Source of the DNA: Thalia democratica
Lineage: Eukaryota
Direction of reading: 5' to 3'
Assembly (NCBI GenBank): GCA_965202585.1
Contig: OZ241827.1
Coordinates: forward strand, 18,972,001-19,036,000
DNA: 64,000 bases
Positions 11,498 through 22,137 of the stretch are shown piece after piece. The translations under genes and the position numbers were made by a program. The notes under the pieces are model-generated. The model saw only the letters and a program-made list of their open reading frames with translations. It did no database searches and was not told the origin of the DNA. Every line of letters begins with the position of its first letter. The stretch's first letter is position 1.

Positions 11498-14400
11498 CTC
11501 GCGAGCACCCCTGGTTTAAAGCATTATCAGAAAATGATTTAGCTGGATTACTTGTTTCGTGCTTTCCACAACATTTGGAAACATATGATAATTTTCCCAA
11601 TTATTTTGTTGGCAATATATTAGTTTTCTTGTTTTTGTGACTACAAATAACAAAATAGTTTGTTTTAGTGCTAGTTAAAATAATAATGCATATATTTTCA
11701 AATTTTTTTTTTCTATTATTTTTTACATATATTTCAGAACTTTTAAAAAATAAATATTTACCATATTAACAATTTTCTTAAGTCTATAATTACTTTTTAA
11801 TTGATACTAAATCTTTATTATTTGAATGTTGAACATTTCTATGTCTGTAAGATAAGTGAATAAAATTTGGCTTGCATTCGCCGTTTTCAATAGTACATAA
11901 TTTTGCGTAAAAACCGTTATAATTTTATTTAGTATGAATAGATTTTCAATGCTTTTATGTGGGTTGTATAATTAATATACTGGACACACTCATAAATTTT
12001 TATATTTTCAATATCTCGGGGACAAAACTCAAGACTGTTTTAGCATTTTTATTGTCTCTATATTTTACTTTTGTTTTAACTTTTCTCAAAATTTATTAAC
12101 AACTAACGAGCTCAGGAGACACAGACATATCCTGCAATGAATCCATTTTTAAGGGAGATTGGAATTTTCGATTATACAGCTGGTCTTAGCTAGACTGTAA
12201 TAATCGTTTGAATAACTAGCATACTATTAGCTTTGACTTTTCACAAAGATATAAGTAGGTACATTTCTCATAGTACAACTTTAATTGCAATTAAATTAAC
12301 CTTTTTCAAACTTCCTGACCTTAGAAAATCCTGTTAACAGAACTTTCAACACTCCGCCCTGCCCCTAGACCTGATTCGTCTCAGGGTTGAGTAGCAAATG
12401 AGCGACTGATTGGATTTTAGATATTGCGCTTTTAAAGAAAATAAACACTATCTTATGGTGTTACGTACAGTTTCTAACAATAAATAAATCTCTTTCGATA
12501 CAAACAGATCCAGCCAAGAACTTAGTGGCTTGTTGAATTTGATATGTTTTTGTTCTGGTCTGAGCACGTCGGCAATAATAATTTGATTGATTAACGCACT
12601 ATTATCAAGCAGCCTCCACGTCGGCGGCGTCTATGGCCTCATCCATCAATTCATATTCTTCAGTGGAATTGAGCTCTAACTCAGCAAGATGTTCGGAAGG
12701 TTTTTTTTGAAGTTATTTCGGGCTCCCTGTAAATCTCGCTCCAGAAACACAGGTGATATGAAACACAAGTGCATAAACAAAATTTCTTTTTTTTTTATTG
12801 CACATCAATGTTTATAATATAATTTTATTCTAAAAATTGTATTTCTGAAACCCTTAAAAATTTAAAGTATCATGTTACACAATGTTAGTGTATAAATATA
12901 TGTTTTCAAGTTTCATTCTTTTTGATAGACTCACAAGACAAGTAAACTGTCAATCTCTATACTACAATCGTTTCTAAAAACTATAAGCGAGTTTTTTATT
13001 TGAAACAACGAAAACTGATATCTAGTTTTTATTTGCAGTACTTAAAATGTTGATCTATATTTGCATCAAGTACAGTTTTTGCATTAGTATGAGTATATTA
13101 AAAAAAAATGATCTTTTTAGTACTACCACCGTGATTTAATATACTCTGATGGTACTACAGTCCATTGTGCAAGTTTGACACCTAGCAATTTTAGGCACAT
13201 TACTGTGCATTTATAAATTTAGATACAAATTATTTAGTTTGATAACAAAATTAACAATTGTAGAACAATTTTAAGACTTCTTCTGTATATGAAAAGCTAA
13301 TGACGTCACTAAGCGTGGTAGAGTTCACAGTAAACTAAAAACTATTTGCTTTAGTAAAAATCCTTGTTTTTGATGCTTGTTGTACAAGTTTTATTTTAGC
13401 TGTATAATAGAAGTTATAATTTTATTACATGCTATTTTTAACAATACTTAATTTAGATACTATTTAGTTGTATTACACATTATTTTGTTTTATTAAAAAA
13501 AAATATTATATCTTTTAGAATGAAATAAAAGTTATTTGAAAAATATTTATTAGTTTAAACTAATTTGTTTTATGAACACATCATCAAAAAAAAATCATTA
13601 AAATCATAGTTGTCGCCGATACTTTCTAAATACTTGAGTATGTAAATGAAGTAATTTTACCCTTAGAACACTTAAAATTTATTTATTAGTGGTATGCATA
13701 TTAATCGCTTCCATTACCTAAATAATATTTCAAAACTTTTTTTCTTCTAGAATATTTTTTATGTTTTGCCTCCCTGTCTTTTACTCTAGCTTGTTACAAT
13801 GATTTTTTAAAATAATGTTAAATAAAGGTTAACAGAACTTTAAATTTTTAACAAAAAATCTAATAAATTTTTCTTAAAATGTATTGTTTATGTTTTACTC
13901 CAACCTAAAGTGAATGCCGAAAAAAATATATAAAGAAAAGTAAAACAATAAACTTTTGTTTGTCCAATGTATAATCTAAGTTTCTATGTTTGATATTAAC
14001 AAAGTTTAAAATAAAAAAATATTTGAATATTATTAGAGTAAGTTAACATAACTATTATAATCAGCGAGTTTAGACAATTTCTTGTAAACTTATATAGTTG
14101 AGGATATATTTTAAATTAAAAAATATATATTATTGATTTTGTACCGTTTTTATTTTAAATTGTAACTTACAATTGGTTATAAATGCTTACTCATTTATCC
14201 GGACATGTTCGGCAAGATTTTTTTGTAAACATTTCTAGATAAGCATGTATCCAGAAAAGTAGATTTTTTTTGTAAAATAATATAACTGCTGTTTATTATG
14301 CAATTCATAATTGATAAAATCGTTACATTTTAAACAAATAGTAATTATGAGTAAAAGATAATAAAATGACAGTTAATAAAAGCTAAATTTAAAGTTAATT

Positions 14401-15877
14401 CATTTATTTACTTTCTAAGTTGAAAAAACATCACGCTTACTAACTCTTTGCAACAAAATAAGTTTGTAAGAGTAAAGCAAGTAGAATTCTTCATTTGTAG
14501 TTCCACCTGACCTAACTATTAATTAAGAAAAGATTAATTTTTGTTTAAGAACCAAAATGAATTAAAATAATTTTTATAAAGAAAAAAATGTAATTTAAAA
14601 AATAAAACAAGTATACATATCTCTTTCTTTTGAATAAAGTTTAAATGTAGGCTTTACTACTACGACATAATAATAAACAGTTGTAAAGTATAAAATACAC
14701 TTAAAATTTATTTACAGAATGAAAGCTGAAATGATTTTATCACACAAAAATATTTTTTTTTTGATAATAAGTTTTTTTTAAATTTTTTCTCGACTGAAAC
14801 TGACTGTATAAGTGAATAAGCACTGTACTATCTGGAAATATTTAAAACGTAGTATCCATGTTTAACAAAAACTAATTAAATTTTAACAGTTTTATAGCTC
14901 CTAACTAATAATTTCTTTTTACATTTATGGTTCATTTAATTGATACTAAACTAGTCAATTAGTTTTAACCTAGGTTAATAAGTTTTTTTGTTTACATAAG
15001 TTTATTTTTATTTAATGCTTGCATGACAATTTTTTTTCCATACCTTTTAAACAATTTTATTTCTTTTTCAATTTACTTTTCTTACTTACAATCTCTTTGA
15101 GCAAAACTTAGTTTGCCAAAAAAAATTAAAAAATATGTGTTTTATTTTAATACCAGTTTTATTTTAATTCCTTTTACTTGAACATTGAATATAATAAAAG
15201 CGGTCAACCAGAAAGCAAGCTAATCAGAAAGCAAGTTGTAATAAAATTTTAAACTAAAGCAAGTTTACATTTGTAAGATATAGCTAAAAAACCAGCCACA
15301 GTGTAGTTGCATGATATTCTAGTCAAGAGCTTCCAGAAGTAGTCTTGTTTGTTTATATATTGTAAAGTCCTTTTTTAAATAGTGATTTTTTACTTACACT
15401 AGATTTTTTTGGTTCCAAGTAGTTAGTTCTTAAATAAGTTTTACATTCTTATAGTATATTTCTGGTAGTTTAATTTTTGTGTAAAAGTTTTGACCACATT
15501 TAAATTATTTACTAAAGTATGATGTTCTTTATTTTTTGGTGATTGGTATCTTCTAACTATAAAATATAACCACTGAAAGTCATGCTTACTTTTCATAAGT
15601 AATATAGGATACTTTTAAGTCTCATTCATTTCTAAGTTGAAGTTTAGATTTAATAATGTTTAAGATGTGGCTGTAGAGTACATTAAAAACTTTTATGGCC
15701 TCCTCAAGGTAAAGGACAACCAGTTTTTTAGGTAACATCTAAATAAAACTAATACAGTAATTTACTTTAAATAAATTTTAATTAAAATACAACCTTCTAT
15801 TTTCAAGGCAGTATTTATCACATTTTTATCTCACATTCTCTTATATGTTTGAAAATGTATTTCATACTGAATTTTAT

Positions 15878-16272
15878 CAGAGTTTCCACTTTACCTGGAA
15901 ACCTGGAACTTGACAATTTGGCAAATAAAAAAATGGAAAAACCTGAAATTTCATAAATTAAAAAAAAAAACTAGAAAAACCTGGATTTACAACCATACCC
16001 TAGAAAAACTTGATATTTAAACAATTTTTACCTGTCATTTAGAAAAATATTAATTTGACACAAAAAATCTACCACAAAGATAATTTTTTATCATCGTCAA
16101 CAGTTATTTTATCAAAAAACACATTTGAAGCAGCTTTACTGTTTTTTTTTTCAATGTTTTGATACTATTTAACACAATTTTTTATCTTAAACTTAACTTA
16201 AACTAAAAATAGACCCTAAAATGTGTACTTTAAAAACCCGGAAAAGTTTAGCAAAACCAAGTGGCTACACTG
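15878..16272 (+). mobile_element. ~400-bp MITE family A (CAGAGTT(G/T)CC-type termini)
   Basis: Imperfect TIRs cagagtttccact/agtggctacactg. The body (aaacctgg repeats, aacaatttttac...atttgacacaaaaaatc) is shared with 50187-50601 and 52143-52563. Confidence 0.65.
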
Positions 16273-17044
16273 ATTTTAGGAAAAAATAGATTTAGAGTAA
16301 TAAAAGAATAGCATGCACTTAATTTTTGAGGCAATACTCATATTTACTTTTTGCTCTTTTAAAAGCCCTTGAGGTTTACCAATAAATCGAAAGCCATAAG
16401 GGATAGAAAAACTATCATGCAATAAAGGGTCTCATAATGATTAAAATACCATAAGACTTTTTAAGTGCAAACAACAAAAGGTAATGTTCCAGTGTTAATC
16501 AACAAAGTCACTAAAGAACTAACAAAATTTAACTCCATAGAGTCAAAATACAACTGAAAAGGTAGAAATCCACTAATTTACAATAGAAATAAGAAAATTA
16601 AATCCACAAAATCATCATAGAACTGTCAAAATAAAATTCCAAAAAACTCTCAAGATTGTGGACAATGTATGAATACAAATAAGTCACAAAAAATAAAGAC
16701 TAATTTAAAGTCATAGTAAGTCATGTTAATTTTATATAATACTCTTGAATCCTGGCAAAATTATGGAAAAGACAATGTTTATTAGTAACTAAGATATTAA
16801 AGACCAGTAACATGCTGAAAATTTTTTGGAATTAATATTAAAGGGGTTTGCATAGGCATGACATTTGTTCAGTTGAGAAGTTTATTCCATTGAAAAGTGT
16901 GTAGAGTTATAAGTTGATTATTAGAATACTTTTTAAGTTAAATAAAAGTAAATAAACAAAATTTTCAGAATAGGAATTATATGTAAGCAGTGTTTACTAT
17001 TAATATTTTCAAAGAAATTTACATGAGTACTTTGAAAAGATGTT

Positions 17045-17180
17045 AAAGGTTTGAAATTTGGCAGGCTGTTCAGTCTAAAAAAGCAGTAAAATTGCTAGTA
17101 CCTTTTGATAACAAGATCAGTTTATTATGTGAAGTTTTCTATTTTAGTTAAGTGTTATGTAAAATAAAAATAATAAAGTA
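17045..17180 (+). mobile_element. Possible second decayed hAT transposase C-terminal fragment
   Basis: KKAVKLLVPF followed by a frameshifted LCEVFYFS, resembling A-x-K-x-L-x-P-F-x-T-T-Y-L-C-E-x-x-F-S. Confidence 0.3.
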
Positions 17181-18529
17181 ACTCTATCAAGTAGATTTCA
17201 ACAAATTTAGTAAATAGTTCTTCTTTAAAAACTAGTAAACTGTTGCTCAAGGTAATAAAAAATTTCAGTTTACAAAAACTTTTAGCCGATTTAAAAAAAA
17301 GTTTTATAAAATAACTTTTACCAAAAATTTCAAGTACACACTTTTGTACAACTTTTAAACAGTAAATTTCAGCAAAACAACTTTAGCAAATTTAAATGCT
17401 TAATATGTTTTTTTTGGTTTTTGTTGTTTTATTGGTGGAATAAGTTGATACGTTATTATAGTTAGAAAAACAAAATAAAATATAACAGCTAGTCTTTTAG
17501 TCACTTGAATAGTTTTTTGTATCATTTTGGAAGTTTTTAGTAGACTGGTTATCGAGGCAGTCTAAAAATTCATGTCTTAGATCTATCTACTTGTAGTCTG
17601 AAATATATAATTACATAAAAAATGTTTAATTTAAAACAAACCTAGTTTTTTGCATATTTAAATTTGTCAGTACTTTATCTAAAGAAAGTTTTGACGCACA
17701 AGTATAAAGTACAAATATAAGTATAACATGACATATAAAAAATCGGTTTCTTTATACTAACTATAATTAAATCTGTTATTTTGAAAAAGTATTAAGCTTT
17801 TGATAGTAATTTCAAAAAGTAAAAAAAAAGATTTCATTAAAATTGTACAGTATAAGATTTTATCAAGTAGCAGTTAGTTTTCTTTAATTTGTCAGTACAA
17901 AGTTGTAAAATAGAAATTTGTGGCACATTTACTTGATTTTTTATTTCTACTTGATATGAATTTAGCAATAAAGATTTGTTCTATTGCTAATCACTACACA
18001 AACTATTTAAGAAATATGTATTTGAAAAATATCTATTGATAACAGGTGAAAAAAAAATATTATACTTAATTTTCAACAGACCTCAACAGTTTTATTTTTG
18101 TTCTGGTTTTGGTTTAAAATTGAAAATTTAAGTTTATGTTAAAATTAAAGATCTGAGTCATCTAACAAAAAGTTCATTGAATTTAAATACTGTGATAGAA
18201 AATTAACAAAAAATTATCGGCCAAAGACTACAAGCCTAAGCCTGGACTTTCGTATGCCATGAGACAAGCTTAACAACAATAAAAGAAAAATTTTATTTTT
18301 AAGCGTTATTTTTATACTTTTACTTTAGTTTAGTTTGAAAAAAAAATTTAGCTAAACAATATTTTTGATGTGTTATTAATTATACACTTATGCAACATTT
18401 GATACAAAATAACCTAAAAAGATAGGCAATGAAATAAAACAGCTCATTAAATTTAAAAAACTATGCAATAATTTATATAACAATTATTGATTCTTTTTTT
18501 AGATATATTTATATAATAAAAACAAATGT

Positions 18530-20455
18530 TTAAGCACTGCTTTGGTTTATTACCGGTTTCGGTGGGCCTTAGCCGACCTTTTCAAATAATTTCAAAACAG
18601 TAAATAACATTTAGACATTGGCAGTAATGTGAATCTGAACTCATTGATGCGTAAAAAATAAATAAACATTAACTATTCAAATTTTAATGAAAAATGCATA
18701 ATTAGGTGAACTAAATATTGGTATTAATTAATAAATAAAAATAAAAGAAATTAAAAAACTAAATGCAGTAATATAAACGGAAACACAACAAATTCTTAAC
18801 AAAATTCTGAAAAAACTAACGGATGATTAAGATGCTAAAAATATTTAAATTATTAGGTTTTAGACTCATTCCAATAGAATAATAAAAATTTGTTTCTGTG
18901 CCTGCAAGAGCTCATTACTTCTGATCTTTTGTTAATACAGTTCTTATCTGCTTGTAGGATCTTTAATGCTTCTTTCAAGCACAACCTGCACGTCTCGATT
19001 CTCGGTCTTGATTCATATTCTTTTTCCAGTATTGTCCAAGTCAATTCATAATTCTTATTTTCGTTCTTCAATGTGTGGATGTATTTTGATAGCTCAGTTG
19101 CTTGTTTGTATTGAATATAATTTTTATCTTCTGGGTTGCTATTTATTGTCGTTCTGTGGGTTGCCACTCTTTTTTTAAAATTGGTTGGCGCTTAGACCAA
19201 TATATGATTTAGTTGCATTGTCAGTTTTTACTGTGGCTTGGTGTATGACATTTTTTGCTCTACAGTTACCGCCTTTCAAAGGACATTTCTCTTTGTTTCT
19301 ACAGTTACATGTTTCATCTTCATCATTCTTGTTGCAGTTTGTGAGCTTCTTGTTATGATTCTTTATGATTGTCTCAATGTTTGGCAAACAGCTGTAACTT
19401 AATTTGATGTTGTTCTTATTTAAGTATTTTTTGAATTTACTGTCTACTCCGAAGTATTTGTTTATTATTTGGAGAAATTTCTTGCCAATGTTTGTTTTTA
19501 TTGATTTGCAGTATGGTGGATTAAACCATATTATTTTTCTTTTTCTTTTTCTAGGCTGTTTCTTTTCATCATCTTCATCTTTGAACTTTATTTTGTAATT
19601 ATAGCCACTTAACTTTATTGCGTCATTGTAATCTTTACTTATTTCATTGAATAGATTTTCATTGCTAGAATTTTTGGAAAGTCTTTCTTCTATCATTTTT
19701 GGGATTTGTTTCAGTATTGCTGGAGGGTGGTTGGACTTTGAATTAATATATATAATTTTGCTGTTTTCTTTTCTATATGGTTGGAATGTGTGGTTGTATA
19801 GATTGAAGCTTAAGTCTAGATAGTTAATTTTACGTGAAGGATTTTCAATATCTAACTTTATTCCCATTTCTTTTGATATGTTGTGCATGGATTTTTTAAT
19901 TTTCTCTATATCAACATTACTTTTGTTTTTTTCTATGACCATTAAGCCATCGTCGCGGTACAATCCTGTTGTTAGGTTTGGGAGCGCATTCCTGAGTTTA
20001 TGTAGTATATAGAGACCTACTAGTTCGCATATTTCCGCTCCATGCTTACCTCCCATGGTGATGTCGAAAAGTTCATTCTCTTCTGTGTTACTCTTTCTTT
20101 TTACCCATACTTCTTCTTTGTTATGTAATACAGATTTAGATGCGTTTAAGATGATCTTAATTTCTTGTTCGCTTACTTTTGTACTTTCTTTTGCAAAAGC
20201 TAAGGCTTTACTTAATAGCTTTTCTGATATAGATGGGTAAAACTCCACAATGTCAAACTTCATGAACTTGTATTTGTGTTTTTTTAGTTTTTTGTACCAG
20301 TTTAAGACTTCTTGGGAACTTCGCCACTGTAGGTATTTGGTTGATTTTCTTAATACATTGTTGATTCTGTCAATTATACATTTGCTAATTTGACCTATGT
20401 CTGAATAGCTAGGATTTATTAATCTTGTTTTGGGATTGCTGGCGAAATCCTTTTT
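18530..20455 (-). mobile_element. 5'-truncated Penelope-like retroelement (RT + GIY-YIG, Neptune-like), one frameshift
   Basis: The frame is open from ~20455 (KDFASNPKTRLINP...KFDIVEFYPSI...MGG...GLYRDDGL...WFNPPY...CNCRNKEKCPLKGGNC...SYIGL). The endonuclease continues in 18853-19167 (TELSKYIH...CRLCLKE...NKRSEVMSSCRHRNK) after a 1-nt shift at ~19175. Confidence 0.93.
18547..18589 (-). ncRNA. Minimal hammerhead-ribozyme-like motif at the PLE 3' end (U3-A8 variant)
   Basis: Minus strand reads ttat-TTGAAAA-ggtcggc(taag)gcccacc-GAAA-ccggt-a-ataa: stem I ttat/ataa, stem II with one mismatch, palindromic ACCGGT stem III and a GUA cleavage triplet. Confidence 0.6.
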
Positions 20456-20645
20456 GTAGATATATTTATATTTATTTATGTTTATAAGATTTTCTTTTGT
20501 AATAAGTTTTTTTTTAAATATTGATATAAATAAAACTCTACTAATAATGAAATTAAAAAGTATGATTTTAATAATATTAGTTTTAAGAAACTATGTTTTT
20601 GTAGTATATATTTTAAATGCTAGTTCGTTTGAATTGGCTCTAAAG

Positions 20646-20883
20646 CAGGGTTTCCGAAAGTGGGCCATGATAGAAATATAGGGGGTCATGAGAAGCAAAG
20701 GGGCCAAAAGAGGTTAGAATTTTTTAATGGTAGCTTTGACACTCACCCCTGAATATTCTGGAGTTGATGATAAATAGCAAAAAAAAGTCTTAGGTGTTTT
20801 TTGAGTAATCTTGTTGGAGGGGGCCATAGCTTTTTTAATTTCTGTTTAGAGGTCTTTTTGAAAACAAAAATTGGGAAAACCTG
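20646..20883 (+). mobile_element. hAT MITE family C (CAGGGTTTCC..AAAGTGGGCC start)
   Basis: Termini cagggtttcc/ggaaaacctg. 8-bp flanks ctctaaag/gtctaaag (7/8, central TA). Confidence 0.8.
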
Positions 20884-21011
20884 GTCTAAAGTAGTTTTAG
20901 ACAACTGCTTCAAGCACTTTAATAACTTAATAGTGCTATATTTCATAAATAAACAGAAGAAATAATTCACATAACAACTATTTTCCTTACAGCTTATTTG
21001 TATATTGTAAA

Positions 21012-21865
21012 ATGGATAATCGACCTCTAAACCTTTTTGATAGCTTATATGGATTTTTGAGTGAATTCTTTAAAGTTTGTGAAAGTTTTTAATAAAAAAA
21101 TTGATATATTACAAATTTTAATCATAAAATATATGAAGCTACTGTGACATAAATTTAAAATAATCATTTTCTTAAATGTAAAAAATTAACTACTAAGTTA
21201 ATTAAAAAATTTAGGTACTTGGTTCTAAAACGGATTATAGTGATTGTCAGAAGTGTTTTTACTACTGGCATACTCAATTACAAAATACCTCGTCTGTTGA
21301 CGAAATGCTATCTTTTGAAACTTACACAAGCTGGTTATATGAGTCGACCATTAAGAAGCTCAATGAAAGAAAAGAAATAAATGATGGGAAGCTCAAAGTA
21401 ATTAATGAAAGTTTTGTAAGTCTGTACGAAATAAGAGGTATGCGTGAAGAGATATTGCTAACAAATAATCAAATAATTTTGGACCAGTATATTGAGACGA
21501 AGAGTGAGTTAGAAGACAGAAGCAATAAGTGGTTGAAGAAAGCAAAAGAAATCATACAAGAAAACGAGACAATACAGAGGCTTCTAACAGAGTCCCAACA
21601 ATACCTGGAGATAGCTAAGGAAAAAATTGCAATGAGAAAACGTGATCTACAGTTTGGCCTGACTCTTGAAAGAATCCAGCAGTTTCATCAATTTCAAGCT
21701 GATCAATCAGCGGTTAGCGATCGATGCGAAGTGTGTCTTGGGGATATTGAAGTCGGAAGAAGAATGATGCGCCTGGATTGCAAACACGTGTTTTGTCAGG
21801 AATGCATTGAAAGATGGTTTGTCGACCACAAATCGTGCCCTAAGTACCGCCAATCGTTTGCTTAA
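21012..21865 (+). CDS. Coiled-coil + C-terminal RING finger protein (putative E3). Proposed exons 21012-21074 and 21215-21865 (237 aa)
   Basis: RING CEVC...DCKHVFCQECIERW...CPKY. The frame stays open upstream of the listed ATG back to a tttag|G acceptor at 21213-14. A phase-0 GTTTGT donor at 21075 joins MDNRPLNLFDSLYGFLSEFFK in frame. The exon model is inferred. Confidence 0.75.
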
Positions 21866-22137
21866 AGTATTTAACGTGTAGTACAGAGGTCGGCAGGTCA
21901 AAAAAGAGAAACATAAAATATTATCTTTTATAGGACATTTTTTTACAATTTTTTTTTAAATTAGGCGATAGATTATTTCTAAGATAAAACTAAAACTCTT
22001 AAATGTTTTTTTAATGATATTAATTTAGTTGAAACATGTTTTTAAATCTGGGCTTCTCTTTTCCGGCCTTTGATTTAGTGTATTAAAACAAACGTATTGT
22101 ACTTAAAAAAACTTTAATTAGATTTTTTATTCTAAAC

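Noticed and set aside
11503-11521. hAT terminus (rc CAGGGGTGCTC) with gtttaaag flank as the end of a complete element
   Set aside because: I found no partner TIR with the same 8-bp flank.
13123-13321. Possible MITE (ctaccac.g/cgtggtag) with a TGACGTCA site
   Set aside because: The inverted match is too short, with no TSD or second copy.
20743-20970. 75-aa ORF
   Set aside because: It mostly overlaps hAT MITE C sequence.
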